A DNA stretch of 64,000 bases from Eledone cirrhosa (taxonomy: Eukaryota), in assembly GCA_964016885.1 (NCBI GenBank), contig OZ024742.1, forward strand, positions 261,020,001-261,084,000. The letters run 5' to 3'. Both the position numbers and the translations under genes were made by a program. The notes beneath the pieces are model-generated. The model saw nothing but the letters and a program-made list of their open reading frames with translations. It was not told the DNA's origin and did no database searches. Below, piece by piece: positions 1 to 13,382 of the stretch (its first letter is position 1; each line of letters opens with the position of its first letter).

Positions 1-159
1 AACAGGCGCTGTTGTGATTGGGTTTAGTATTCTCTTCACCTCGTGAGGATGCAGCTCTGTGGAGAGAAGAGAATCCCAGATGCATTCCTGATAGTGATGG
101 GCCTGTGATCTGTCCTGGGAAGTGTGGGATGGATGCACAAAGATTGCACATCCTGAGAC

Positions 160-290
160 CCCAAACCATAACAATTAGAACCTGGAACATCACCCTTACA
201 GGTAAGGAGCAGGAACTAGTGGAGGAGATTAAATGCTACTGGCTAGATATAGTTCGGGTTTCTTCAAAGTTTCTTGGTTCTGGCATTGAG
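160..290 (+). pseudogene. LINE (RTE-like) apurinic-endonuclease N-terminal fragment
   Basis: TWNITLTGKEQELVEEIKCYWLDIV resembles the start of an APE domain and matches the copy at ~6750. Confidence 0.7.
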
Positions 291-1185
291 TAAAAATATT
301 TAATTTAATTATTTCTTGATTACAACATTCTATGTAAAGATGTGTAACAAATAGATTTGGTTGTTGGTATGATGGTTTTGATGAAAAGAATAATGCCAGG
401 ATTGTGTTGTTACAATGTTTATTTTACAATAACAATATTCAATTTGAACATTGAATGATAAAATCTATAACATGAAATATTCGTACAATAAGTTGGTGGC
501 TCTTTGAGCCACGTAAATGCAAGTATCAGAGAATACGATATAATATAATTTGTATTGTATCTGAAAGATACAATATGACAAATAGAAAGGGTGAGTGTAA
601 AATGCAAACAATATGAACTTACTATGTGTGTGTGTGTGTGTGGGCGTATTAGTATACGTTCTTGTCTTAGTAGCAGTAGTATTCAATCAGCCAGGTGGCA
701 ATTGTATGTGAGAAATTAGTGGACAGACTGGTTTTTCGTGAAGGGAGATTTAACAGCATTAGTGAAACCTCCTCTCTTGTCTGTATTATCACTTCTCTCC
801 TGGGCATAAAAAATCCTTGTATTCATAATCTTGTTGAAGTTAGAAGGATGGATATATGATCTGATCTGTGGTTAGCATCTCCCAAGAGGTTGGGGTCACA
901 GGTCAAATGGAATGTCATCCATCATTGTTGACAGGACAAAGGCGAAAATTTCCAACTACGGCTTGTCCCAGATGCAGGGAAAGCTCAGATTCGGTTTCGA
1001 ATCTTCACCGGTAAAATGTATGAGTATTCCGTTATAGATGCTTGAATTCTCCATTTTCCTGTTACTCCAACCATTACCATATTTCATTTTACAATCATTT
1101 AAATGAATTACAATAATTTTCTTTCATATTTTCATTAATAATTATACATACACACATGCATATGTATAACACCTTTTATTAATAG

Positions 1186-1250
1186 CTCCTTGATTGCTGG
1201 CTGTATATCAGACATAATTCGAAGACGGAAGCCTGTTATTATATTTGGTG
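1186..1250 (+). CDS. MFS transporter, internal exon
   Basis: aatag|...|gtaag; encodes SLIAGCISDIIRRRKPVIIFG (MFS motif A-like GxxSDxxxRR); ends in phase 1. Confidence 0.85.
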
Positions 1251-1774
1251 GTAAGTTTGAGCTTTATCTTCTGAAATGCAAGTCATTTCAGTAAGGGTTA
1301 TTAATAGTTGACTAAAAAATCTGCAGTGAGGTGGGAAAAGAATAATATAAGTCTAATTACTTACATTTTTCTTGCATGTAGTTCTGTTGATAGAGACAAA
1401 CCAGTACAGAAATACAAGTGGGGTGGGGGGAACTGTTTAAAATAAAGATTTCTAATTTAGACATATGGCCTGAGATTTTGGGGTATGGGTATAACTGTCT
1501 ATGATTGAATACTGGCTGTGGTAAGAAAATTCTTAACTTATTCAATACTTAACCCTGTACTTTATCTCTGAAATATTTAAAATGTCTAAAAACAGGTTCA
1601 TTAATTCAAAGGACAGCTTTTTACTGTGGTATAATCATAGTGCTGTTTTGTACTTTTTGAGAATGTCTTGTTAATATGGTTTTACGTGGTACTTGACATT
1701 AAGATTTAATCAACTGTGTATGATCTTTGTTTTTTTCTTTTTCTTTTTTTATTTTAACCACTATCAATCTGTAG

Positions 1775-1864
1775 GGGTTCTAATGATGCTTCCAGTTGTT
1801 GGATTGCTCTTGATACATGGGCCAGCTGCCTTCTATTCTGCAGTGTTCCTCTCTGTGGTATTTG
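1775..1864 (+). CDS. MFS transporter, internal exon
   Basis: polypyrimidine tract and tag| acceptor, |gtaagt donor; phase 1-1; hydrophobic GVLMMLPVVGLLLIHGPAAFYSAVFLSVVF. Confidence 0.85.
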
Positions 1865-2721
1865 GTAAGTACCATACCTTGTCACTCTCTCTTACACACA
1901 CACTATAAACTCACTTTAGATTTCTTAGGGTTGAGAAACAAATTAATTATAAATGTACCCATATTTAATAGCAGTTAATTAAGAACATGCTAACAGGTTG
2001 AATAAGTAATGCTAATTTCAATCTCCATGTTGCTACCAGTGTCTCCAGTAATGCTCTCCTCAAATCAATAATCAATGTACAAAAAACAAACAAGAAAAAC
2101 ATTACCCATTGTTTTCTTCTCTATACATTTGATACACTATGTCTCTGTAAGAAACTATATAGTATCTGTTATGTTATTGAGATAATCTTTTCTTTGAATC
2201 ACAAAGATCTATGAATCTGTGCTTCTCTTTTTTCCTCTTGCTAAGATAACGAAAGATAACTCACCTTCTCTAGGTTTTCTTACAAGTGGAATTCCTCTCA
2301 GCAATGCAAGCCAAGAAACAACCCATCAGGTTCTCCACTCGCAAGAATGAATTATTCATCTCTTTACCTATTTATATCTAAGTTGAGTCATTTGTTGGAA
2401 GTTACCATATTTTATGGTGTCTGAGTAAACATTAACAAACCAGATACTTCAACTTTCCATCTCAGACTCAGTTGATATTTCATATATGCTATCAAATATG
2501 GTAAGTGCTGCCACTGTAGACACAATGTCAGTAATAGAAATACAGAAAAAAAGTTAATTCCAAACCTCCAAGTAATATTTGAACTAGAGATGTGGATATT
2601 GTTAGATATTTAGTCTTTCATGCTAGTTTCTACCACTCTAGCCACAATTATATTGTTATTTAAAAAGTTGTCAGTAATATAGAAATTCAAATGCTATCAT
2701 ATACACTCTAGTCGTGCTATT

Positions 2722-2766
<45 letters not shown>

Positions 2767-2853
2767 AAACAATTCTATTTGATGCTCCTGATCCTATTGG
2801 TATGGGACATGACAATGGTTCTGATATCTTTCCCCCATACATTTTTCTTCAAG

Positions 2854-3125
2854 GAATTGGATTTGGAGCCTATCAAGCTGTAGACTTTGCATTGGTTATG
2901 GATGTTTTACCAGATGAGAAAGGGAAAGCTAAAGATATGGCTGTATGGCAACAAGCTATAGTTCTGCCACAAGCTCTAGCTACTCCAACAGGTGGTATCA
3001 TCCTTGACTTGTTTGAACAGGTCAATTGTCAGATAGGACTTGGTTACATTATAGTATTTGGGCTCAGTGGCTTCTATTTTCTACTTAGCAGTGTTTTCGT
3101 AGTTAAACTAAAAGGTGTTAAATGA
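2854..3125 (+). CDS. MFS transporter, terminal coding exon
   Basis: ttttcttcaag| phase-1 acceptor; GIGFGAYQAVDFALVMDVLP...KAKDMAVWQ...KLKGVK* with TM helices; AATAAA near 3433. Confidence 0.88.
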
Positions 3126-3539
3126 ATGAAGTCAGTCGAAAGTAACTATTCCAAGTTTTAAATCACTTACACTTATGTTATTCAGAAGGAGTCATATGTT
3201 TTCAATGTTTCAAATCACCCACACCTATTTCAGAGTTGTACTAGTTTAGCAAGTAACTTGATCTGAGACTATGTTGAAACAAAAGTAATTACACACAGAA
3301 GAGTCATTAGAACCATTCAAAAAACATAAAGACTGAACCTCATTTTCATTTTATCATTTATTTCGTTGTGCCAAGTGGAACTGGGTCAGTAACAAGGTGG
3401 CAAATGGTGCTACAAAAAAATTGATACCAAGAAATAAATAAATGATAAATATAAAGTAAAGTTTTGTGTATTTTTGAATGTTTAAATAACTTGTTATTCA
3501 GAAATAACACCTATGTTATTTAGCTCCCATTATTAAAAG

Positions 3540-3720
3540 GATTGGCAGTATCGGTAGAGGGTCGGACGCCATGCTTTCCAGCATAGTTATGTCCCTTTAC
3601 GGTCTGAGTTCAAATCCCGCCGAGGTTGACTTTGCCTTTCATCCTTACGGGGTCGATAAAATAAAGTACCAGTAATGCACTGGATAATTGTTGGCCTTGT
3701 GCCTAAAGAAGAAACAATTA
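3540..3720 (+). mobile_element. tRNA-derived SINE (Meta/MESC-like central domain)
   Basis: B box gagttcaaatccc followed by gactttgcctttcatccttacggggtcgataaaataaagtaccag; related copies near 4090, 23690(-), 24950(-), 48630(-), 53700(-). Confidence 0.75.
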
Positions 3721-5561
3721 TTAAAACACCCATTAAACATCTTATGAGATATGACTTCATAAGAGGTCGGCTAAACCTACATAGGTGAGTTGTAACAATT
3801 CAGAAGTTGTACATTTTCCATGTTTCAAATCACTGACATATTATTCAAGAGTTATACATTTGATCTAAGATTATTTTCTATAAAATAGAAAAGAGGGAGA
3901 TGAAACTGAAATATTCTTTTATTCTTTTACTGGTTTCCACCATTAGACTGTGGCCATGCTGGGGCATGAGAAAATAATCCAGTCAATTCATTACTGCTCA
4001 TTAAATATTTTTCCAGCAACACTATATTTCTAACAACCCCAATGCAGTTTATTGTACTTATGTATGATAGAAGGGAAATAGCACATTGATTTGGCAGACT
4101 TGTTAGAACAACGAACAAAATGCTCTGCAGCTTTTTACATAAGTTCAGATCTCACCAAAGCCAACATTACTTTTCTTCCTTCTGTGTTCAATAAAATAAA
4201 ATACCAGTTAGGTAGTGGCACTGGTATAATTGATCCTCACCCAAATTGCTGGCCTTGTAACTAAATTAGAAACATTATTGTTGTTGTTGTTATTATTTAA
4301 ATCTTAAAATTACGAAAACTTGTGAAATTCTCTATATCATGAAGGTAATAAAAGAATTTGGATTTTAAAAATAAAATGAATTTAAAAAGAACAACTGGAA
4401 AAATTTCTTTATTTTTCATATTTGAGGTCAAAGTCTGTATGAGATGTCAGAACAAAAACCACCATTTTGTTTAACTCTTAATGGCAATCCATCAGCTCAG
4501 AATGACTCTAAATAATTGTTTCTACTTTTGGCGCACTATCACATTGAATGTTGGTCTCCAGACAATTCAGTATCTAGAAGTGTTCATTGATGCTTGTCAT
4601 TGCACATTGGCCTGTTTTGATTTTGACAAATGTTTGCAATGGAGTATCATCTCCCGGGCCATATTCATTGCCCTTTGCTCCCTCCAAAACTGCAATAATA
4701 TCATCATCAAATGAGGGAGAAGTGTGATCATATGGTGTGTCAACCTCTACAAGATAGTTTGCATCAGCTCTACCATTGCTTGCCTTGACACCACTCCCTA
4801 CTACATCACCTTTCTCGCCCTGGAACAGCTCGACTCCTTCTTTTCCCCTACACTCAATTCACTTCTTCTATATCTATCACTTCTGTCAACTTCATTTCCA
4901 TTGACCACACCCACATCTATTATCATCATCTTTGTCTTTTTCAAGCCCACCTCATCTTCACCTCCTCCCATACTAAACACTCCACCCCTTCTCCTAATTC
5001 CTTTCCTTCAACCACCATGATTTTGAGACTCAGGCTCAAAACAGAGTTAGATTTTCACTCAGTGTGAACACTTCCTAACCAGGTATAAGCTGCTCTTACT
5101 TGTGCCTTTGGAGCTTACCCACCTCATGACCCACTTCATCTCTTCCTACATGAGTCACAGACAGGCATAGAAAGATCCTTTCCAACATTCACTGAGATTC
5201 CTATTGGGCAGACCCCTTGAAAATGGACAGTTCATCCAAAATATAGGGACTAATAAATATTTCCAAGATAACATTTTGTTGCTTCAATATTTACAACACC
5301 ACCTGCAATGTAGCAGCTTCCAAAACATTACCAATTTTTGTATTCCACAATGCTTCAAGCAAACTACAACACTCTCTTATATATATATATTATTATTTAT
5401 TTATGTTCGTACATGGAACAAGGGTGCTACCCAAGGTTTCAAGGCCCTTGTTCCATGTATGAACCAAGCATAAATAAATAATATATTTCTGCTCTCTTCC
5501 CTATTGGGCACTGTTTTCCTTTTTCCTTTTCACACCTACGGATCTTGCTACACACACACAC

Positions 5562-5619
<58 letters not shown>

Positions 5620-5789
5620 ATATATATATATACACAAACACACCGTGTTACATCCATTCTTCCACGCTAGCATGGGTTAGACGGGTTGTCCTGTTGTGGG
5701 CAGTGTCTGGTCGGCTGACCATGCCTTGCTCACACAAACACACACACATATATATACATATACATATATATACATATATATATATGTAT

Positions 5790-5869
<80 letters not shown>

Positions 5870-5883
5870 TTATATATAAATGT

Positions 5884-6110
5884 AATCTGAGTTTTTCGAA
5901 TATTAATAATAACATTCGATTCGTTTGCAATTATACAAACAAGCCTAATTTTTATAGCCATGTTAATAGAATGAACCTTTCATTCTTGCTCTTGTGTTGG
6001 CAGAGCAAGAATGAAGGGTTCATTCTACTGACATGGCTATAAAAATGAGGCTTGTTTGTATAATTGCAAACGAATCGAATGTTATTATTAATATTCAAAA
6101 AACTCAGATT
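5884..6110. repeat. fold-back palindrome between (TA)n tracts
   Basis: ~108-bp near-perfect inverted arms with a ~10-nt loop. Confidence 0.9.
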
Positions 6111-6205
6111 CCATTTATTGTATTCAGCCATGTAGCGCAAACATTTTTTTATTTTTATTATCATTTATATATATATATATAATATATATATATATTATAT
6201 ATATA

Positions 6206-6270
<65 letters not shown>

Positions 6271-6474
6271 TGGAAAAAGGGAAAGAAAGTTAGACCTGTC
6301 AGGCTTTTGCCCTACTTCGGGAATACAAAAATAGATAGGATCACAAAGAATAGATACAGAAAATAAAATGTAGTCCAAGTAAACAAAATCGAAAATATTG
6401 AGCGTAGTAAACAAGACAAACCGTTAGGCAGTCTCGGTAATGATTTAGGAACGTGTGTATGTATATATATATAT

Positions 6475-6557
6475 AAGTAGTTCCACAACAGTTAATTCAC
6501 CATTTCTGAGAACAAATTGTTCTCGGAAATGGTGAATTAACTGTTGTGGAACTACTT
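6475..6557. repeat. short fold-back palindrome
   Basis: aagtagttccacaacagttaattcaccatttc...gaaatggtgaattaactgttgtggaactactt, ~41-bp arms. Confidence 0.9.
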
Positions 6558-6744
6558 CTACTAAACTCGTCTCATGGACTGAGTGCTCTACTACTATGGA
6601 TATAACCCACCAGTGTTCTATCTGATATATATATATATATATATCATCATCATCATCATCACCATTTATCATTTAATTTTCATGCTTGCATGGGTTAGAC
6701 GGCATGTAGTGGAACAAAGAGTGGTCATAAGGGAGAAAACGTTA

Positions 6745-8580
6745 ACAATATATAACTGGAATGTTATAACCTTTACAGATAAGAAGCAGGAACTAGTGGA
6801 GGAGGTCAAATCTTACCAGCTAGATATAGTTGGGGTTTCCTCAACAAAGTTCCATGGCTCTGGTCCTGTAGATTTCGATGGAGGATGGAAACTCTACTAT
6901 TCAGGTGTGGTGTCAGAAAGGAATGCAAAGGCAGGAGTGGGGATATTCACAAGTCCTCGACTGTTAGAATGTGTTATGGAATGGATTGCATTGGGAGTAA
7001 GGATTCGCCTCTTGATGTGGCAAATCAGGATGTTAAAGATCTAGGCACAGGAGGTTTACAAAACATGGCTTGGAAATAAGTCTTCCTTCTTATACTCATC
7101 GTACAAGCAGCTGAGTAAAGTCACTGCAGAGATGGTAAAAGTGTCCAAGGTTAAGACATGAGAAGACTTTAAGGTTAAGCTGGAATTCCACTTTAGATAG
7201 GCAAATAAAGTATTCTAGCAGACCATCTGGCAACTTAAGAAGTCCCACCTAATGCTGGCTATCATAAATTTAACTGGAGTTCTTTTCTCTGAAAAGAGGT
7301 GCATTCTCGTAGGTGTAGAGAATTGTTGACTTCCTAAATCTGGTCACATCTTCTGAATTACATGAGAAAGAGGCTGATGTCACCAGAGCAATTAAAGTGA
7401 TCAAATATGGCAAGGCCTTGACAGGATGAAATTCGGCCTGGAATATTAAAGGCCTTAAGTGGATAAGGTATGCTCTTGCTGACTCGTGACCTGGATCTCT
7501 GGAAAGGGACCAAAGTAACGACAATCAGGAGTGATAATCTCAATTTTCAAAAAAGGAAATGAGAGAGATTGCTCTAATTATAGAGAAATCTCCTTCTTCA
7601 ACATCCCCTGTAAAGTCTATGCTAAGTGTCTAACAATGAGATGTAGGGATATTGTTAAGCCCAAGCTAGCTGACAAATAGTGTGGTTTTCACACAGTCGA
7701 CCAAATATTCATATTGTAGCATGTCTTCGAAAAATTGCAGGAGTGTATTTGTTCAGTGGACCTTGAAAAAGCAAACAACCATGTACCATGGAATTTGTAG
7801 TGGAAGATTCAGCAGAAGTATGAGATTGAGGGACAGCTTCTTGTTGCCTTGAAATCCTTATATGGATGACCTAGTACCTGTTTAGATAAATGAAACCATT
7901 CAATGTGGGATTCGGACCCTGTTAAGTGTGCATATTGTCTCCTCTTCTGTTTGGAGTCTACATGAACAGGATTGACATGTGCAGTTGGGTGTAGGATGAG
8001 CTGACTGATATTTGCAGTTGACATGGAGCTGCTTCATTCATTGGAAGGTAATCTCTGACATGTATTGGATAGGTTTGCTGCCAAGTGCTGTACAGCAGAA
8101 ATGAAAATCAATGCTGCGAAGACTGAGACATTTGTAGTCTTGAGAAAGTTTGTGTATTGCACTCTATATGTGAGTCAAGTTACACTGAAGCAGGTGGAGA
8201 GGTTCAAGTATCTCAAGGCTGTTTTCACAAATGATGGAAGGTAGGAGGCTGAATTAAATGCATGAATTGTTGGAGCTGGTGCAATAATGCATCAACTTCA
8301 GCACTCAGTCATCAACAGATTTGTAGGTGTAGTAAAAGTAAAATTCATTATTTTCAATCCAGTGTTTGTGCCTAGCCTTACCTATGGTCGTGAATCTTAG
8401 GTAATGATTGAAAGAATGCAATTTCGGTTCCTTTGAAGGGTGTTTGGAGTAATGTGAATTGATAGGTTGTGTAGCTCAGAAACCAAGGAGTTGCTCCACA
8501 TAAAACCACTAATACTCTGCAGACAGAATGTTTATGGAAAGAAACGATGGACAGAGGTAGATCATTGAGCAGGATGGTTG
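6745..8580 (+). mobile_element. degenerate RTE-clade LINE (APE + RT), family A
   Basis: YNWNV...LDIVGVSST, GVGIF; downstream RT remnants (NYREISF, VDLEKA, VERFKYL) with many stops. Confidence 0.85.
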
Positions 8581-8589
8581 GATAACATC

Positions 8590-8967
8590 TATAACAAAAT
8601 ACTGGTGTGTATGAATATAACAAGAGACGTGGGTTGTGTGTATAAAGTTTAATTAACAAGTTGAAGTTATGTAGAATAGAATTGTTGACATGTCCATGGG
8701 TAGATGAAAGAATGAAGTAAAGTTATTTGTTACCATTTTGAAGTTAGCTCGCAAGAGACCATGTTAGGGTTGCCAGGCGAACGCGCCTGGCCGAAGGGCC
8801 AGGCTAGTTAGAAGAGAGTGAGATCGCCCTGAGTATCCCTTTTATAGGGTCCCAGGACGGAAGTGACAAAAAGGGTTCTGCCACCCCAACGGGAAGTAAC
8901 TCCAGCTACCTCCTGTCTAGAGAGCGGTGATGTGATTGTCATAACAAGGGAGGCAACTCTTGCTACA
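8590..8967 (-). mobile_element. 3' LTR of a non-autonomous Gypsy-type element
   Basis: direct repeat of 10498-10769; preceded on the - strand by PPT ctggcgggggataa; termini TGTAGC...TATA. Confidence 0.85.
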
Positions 8968-10497
8968 TTATCCCCCGCCAGATTTTTAAAATATAAAAAT
9001 CGAATGAACCATGTATGGAGTAAGATGGCGAGCATGTAACACCAAAGTCCAGGCATGAAAATTAACGAAAAAAATAATGTTTGCAATAAAAGGAAAACAA
9101 CAAAATATATGCATGCAAAAATCAATGATAGATATCAAGGTAGCCAACCGCTCTTGGCCAGAGAACATCTATCTATCTATCCATCACCCAAAGATACAAT
9201 GTAATCAAACTAAAAGAAGAGGTCAAAGTTCAAAATACAGTTCACCGGTGTGCAATCACATGACAGCAGGAAAGAAAGTGTGTCCTCCAGAGAATGTATG
9301 CAGGTGGTCTCTAGACTGTGGTACAACGTGAAATTCGGTTGGATTTTCTCTCAGGAAGAGTGCTGCAAAAATAAATTCTCTGTTTTGTTCTGCTGGTTTT
9401 GGTTGTTGATGTTGTTGTCTCGCGGAGTGAGCGTATTCGATGTTGTTTCCGTTCACAGTGAAATTTTTCCCAGAAAAAAAATGAGTTGCGCAAAGTGCTA
9501 GAAATAACAGCCAAAGTTGATGGTCGATGTTGAGAATGCGTTGACCTGGAAGGGTCAAGAGGCCAGCGACCAAAGAAATAAGCATTCTGAATAAATGCGC
9601 AGTTTTCAACGGCAAATTTACGAGGTAAATTTTTAAACCGGCAAATAGGAGAATATAGCTTAAGGCTGGAGAATCCTTGGCAAGAAACATTATCTATGGC
9701 GTGTGTTATCTCAGTGAGTCGAGATGTGTGCTCCCCACACGTGCCGAAACAAGGTTAAAGTCAAGTTTAAAAAAAAAAATTTCTATTGCGCGAGAAAATG
9801 GCGCGAAAATGATAGTGCAACAGGTCGTTGGCAGCCATTTTGAAAAATTTGTGTGAACGTGATAATATGATGAAAAAGAAAGAAAGGCTTCACTTGGTAT
9901 AACAAATATGGCGAGTTCAATTTTTTTGTGAACGATGAAAAAAAACTTGGCGGAAAGAATAAGCAATAATTGAGATTCAGCAAAAATAAATGTTCATGTT
10001 GAAATGTGTAAAAAAAAAAAAAATCAAATTTCTTTTTTTTTCTTTTTTAAATGTTCGTTGTAAGAAGAAACGAAAAACATATATATACATCCAGTGAAAT
10101 GCGACACAGTTGATGTACGACACGTGCGTGAAATTTTCTGTTTATTTTGCTTGCTGAGAAAAAATTTCTTTTTTTTTTCCTTTTTGATGTGTTCGTTATA
10201 AGACTGTATGCGGAGAGAAATCCATGTCTAAGGAGTTCGGAGGGATTTCTTAGTCCGAAAAAAAATATGACGTTAGGTGAGAGAAGAAGAGTCTGTCTGA
10301 ACGAGAATTTCACATGTGCGTGTGTTCGTTTCTGTGTCTGCGTATTTTCCCTAGTTTGTTACTAAAATTTGCTGCGTATTCGAAATGTTGGTCCACACTT
10401 TCCAACGAAAATGGGGTACTGCTAATTTATTTTCTTTTTTCCATACTCACACAACACCAGATTGTCATTTTTTCTTACTTTTTTCGGGGTCACCACT
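8968..10497 (-). mobile_element. internal region of the non-autonomous LTR element, with PBS
   Basis: PBS TGGTGACCCCGA at ~10485-10496 (complementary to the tRNA-Trp 3' end); no gag/pol ORF, only a weak integrase C-terminus-like remnant near 9260-9500. Confidence 0.75.
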
Positions 10498-10769
10498 TAT
10501 AACAAAATACTGGTGTGTATGAATATAACAAGAGACGTGGGTTGTGTGTATAAAGTTTAATTAACAAGTTGAAGTTATGTAGAATAGAATTATTGACATG
10601 TCCATGGGTAGATGAAAGAATGAAGTAAAGTTATTTGTTACGGTTTTGAAGTTAGCTCGCAAGAGACCATGTTAGGGTTGCCAAGCATACGCGCCTGGCC
10701 GAAGGGCCACGTTAGTTAGAAGAGAGTGAGATCGCCCTTAGTATCCTTTTTATAGGGTCCCAGGACGGA
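10498..10769 (-). mobile_element. truncated 5' LTR
   Basis: near-identical to 8590-8860; ends abruptly at the junction with Gypsy pol. Confidence 0.85.
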
Positions 10770-12719
10770 CTTCCCGAGAAAGTAGAAGCTATCCGTAGTT
10801 TTCCCGCATCTACATCACTTCGGAAACTGCGTGAATTCCTCGGTCTGGTGAATTTTTATAGGCGTTTTATCCCTCATTGTTCCGATGCAGCCAGACTCCC
10901 CACGGACCTTCTTCGTAACCGGACTCGCAAAAACGAAGAGATCACTCTAAACGAGGAAGAATTAACATCTTTTAACCGCCTGAAGGAAATGTTGGCAAAC
11001 GCTTCCATGCTCGTTTTCCCCAGGTCTGGCGCTCCTCTTTCGCTGCTAGTGGACGCATCAGACACGGGGGTTGGAGGCATCTTACAACAACATGTCGACG
11101 GCGTGTGGCAACCCTTATCCTTCTTTTCTAAGCGGTTGCAACCGGCAGAAACGAAATACAGTACCTTTGGCCGCAAACTCTTGGCAACCTATCTTTCGGT
11201 TAAGCATTTTCGGCACATGCTCGAAGGATCAGATTTCGTGATCTACACGGACCATAAACAACTAGTTTATGCGTTCCGTACCAAACCTGATCGACATTCA
11301 CCAAGAGAACTCCGATACCTGGATTTTGTCTCCCAATATTCAACTGATATTCGGCATATCAAGGGATCAGACAACGTAGCAGCCGACGCCCTGTCCCGAA
11401 CCCAGCTGAACGCAATATATGTGCATTCAGGCATCGACCTTCAACAGATCGCAGCTGACCAAGAGACTGACGAAGAGTTTATCAAGCTCCGAGATTCGCC
11501 ATCCCTCAAGTTTCAGCAAGTTCCCATTCCTTCTTCTCCGGGACAAATTTGGTGCGACCTTTCTACCGGTCATGAACGACTTTACGTACCACAGATGCAT
11601 CGTCGACAAGTTTTTTCTGCGTTACACTGCTTGTCTCACCCAGGAATCCGGGCTACACAGAAACTCGTCTCTGCTCGTTTTGTGTGGACTAACATTAACA
11701 AGGACGTGCGCGACTGGTCCAGGAGCGGCATTGCCTGCCAGAAAGCCAAAGTCCACAGACACATCAAAACTCCACTCGGCACATTCGCGCAACCTGATGC
11801 ACGTTTTCATCATGTGCATATCGACATCGTCGGACCTCTACCACCATCACAGAACTACACACACTTGCTCACCTGCATAGATCGATTTTCTCGTTGGCTT
11901 GAGGCTTTTCCCATAAATGATACCTCAGCGGAAACAGTCGCTAAAACTTTGGTTTTACACTGGGTATCACGTTATGGCGCCCCAGCGAAGATAACAACGG
12001 ACAGAGGACGCCAATTTGACTCCCACCTCTCCGGGGAACTGACTCGCCTGTTAGCATGTAAACACATCCGCACGACAGCTTATCACCCGCAAACTAATGG
12101 TCTCGTGGAAAGATTCTATCGCCAATTGAAAGCTGCAATAAAAGCATATCCAGACAAGACCCATTGGTTTGAATACATGCCACTCATCCTTCTGGGCATT
12201 CGATCCACCGTTAAGGAGGAATTTGGACACACACCTGCAGAATTAGTGTACGGCACCACCCTGGTTCTACCTGGTCAGATGGTTGCTCCCATCTCTCCTC
12301 AGGATGTTCCAGACCCAGGATCATACGTACACCGTCTTCGACAATATATGTCTCACCTTGCTCCTGCAAGCACCCGTCAACAGAACACGGCCACACATGT
12401 ACCTTCAGACATTAAAGATTGGACACACGTTTTCGTTCGAAACGACACCATCTCAGCTCATCTTCGACCTCCATATTCTGGCCCTTATCGTGTTCTAAAA
12501 AAATATCCGAAATATTTTATTCTCGATCTAGATGGTAAACAGAATTCTGTCAGCGTGGACAGATTAAAAAAAACCATCATGGATACTGTTACAGTCTCAA
12601 CACCAGAAACTCCAACAGATTGCTGTCCCAGCGAGCCACCTGTTTCCTCTCCAGTCACGAGAAGTGGACGACGCGTCCATTGGCCCGCCAAGTTGACACA
12701 ATATGTGAATTACCGTTAA
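10770..12719 (+). CDS. pol: Ty3/Gypsy pol, 5'-truncated (RT C-terminus, RNase H, integrase)
   Basis: [45 protein letters not shown] / TDRG / VERF DDE triad, GPY motif; conserved ELLA appears as KLLA and the first zinc Cys as G. Confidence 0.95.
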   Translation, partial: LPEKVEAIRSFPASTSLRKLREFLGLVNFYRRFIPHCSDAARLPTDLLRNRTRKNEEITLNEEELTSFNRLKEMLANASMLVFPRSGAPLSLLVDASDTGVGGILQQHVDGVWQPLSFFSKRLQPAETKYSTFGRKLLATYLSVKHFRHMLEGSDFVIYTDHKQLVYAFRTKPDRHSPRELRYLDFVSQYSTDIRHIKGSDNVAADALSRTQLNAIYVHSGIDLQQIAADQETDEEFIKLRDSPSLKFQQVPIPSSPGQIWCDLSTGHERLYVPQMHRRQVFSALHCLSHPGIRATQKLVSARFVWTNINKDVRDWSRSGIACQKAKVHRHIKTPLGTFAQPDARFHHVHIDIVGPLPPSQNYTHLLTCIDRFSRWLEAFPINDTSAETVAKTLVLHWVSRYGAPAKITTDRGRQFDSHLSGELTRLLACKHIRTTAYHPQTNGLVERFYRQLKAAIKAYPDKTHWFEYMPLILLGIRSTVKEEFGHTPAELVYGTTLVLPGQMVAPISPQDVPDPGSYVHRLRQYMSHLAPASTRQQNTATHVPSDIKDWTHVFVRNDTISAHLRPPYSGPYRVLKKYPKYFILDLDGKQNSVSVDRLKKTIMDTVTVSTPETPTDCCPSEPPVSSPVTRSGRRVHWPAKLTQYVNYR

Positions 12720-13382
12720 CCTCAAGTAAGTTTCTTAATCATTCTTCTTGCAAAACATTCCCATTTCCCTTGTGTTTACTATTTCCAGTTTCAAATACAA
12801 TGAACTTTCTGCTTGAACAATTGCAATTTTTAGTGACCATGTGCTCATGTCACGAAGAACATTATTTATTATGAACATTATTTAGTACAAACACTATTTA
12901 AGAACAAACATTGTGTATAGCATTGTGTATAACATTTTTTTTCTTCTCTCTCTTGTTTTGCAAAAATTTGTATTTTTCTTGTTCTGTAACATTGATTGTG
13001 TAATTGCCATAATTTTTATATACATACAAGGCCTGTACATATTCTGTTTTTCATGCACACTACAAAACCACGTTTGTTTCACCTTTTGGTTCATACACTG
13101 AGCAATAGATATTTGTGTCCCTCTAACTCTTACACTACAAAATGTTTCACTTTGATCACGCATTTCACAAATCGCATTTTATACTTTATTTCTTTTTTCT
13201 CTTCCTGACACAAACATCTTGCCATATCATCTCTACATCGACTCTGTCCTGTACTCGATGATCACAAAATTTCACAACGTGCTGGACACTCCTGGGGCTA
13301 TTGTCATGACAAATGCACCACTGGCCCATTACTATACGATATTTCGCTCTTCTGTTGTACAAAAGATCTGGCAGGGGGCTAA

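Noticed and set aside
6290-6325. Degenerate hammerhead-like hairpin (-), and a similar one near 5015-5050 (+)
   Set aside because: Multiple core substitutions; not supportable
9256-9690. 144-aa ORF inside the LTR element as possible cargo or env gene
   Set aside because: No recognisable domain; its end resembles a decayed integrase C-terminus
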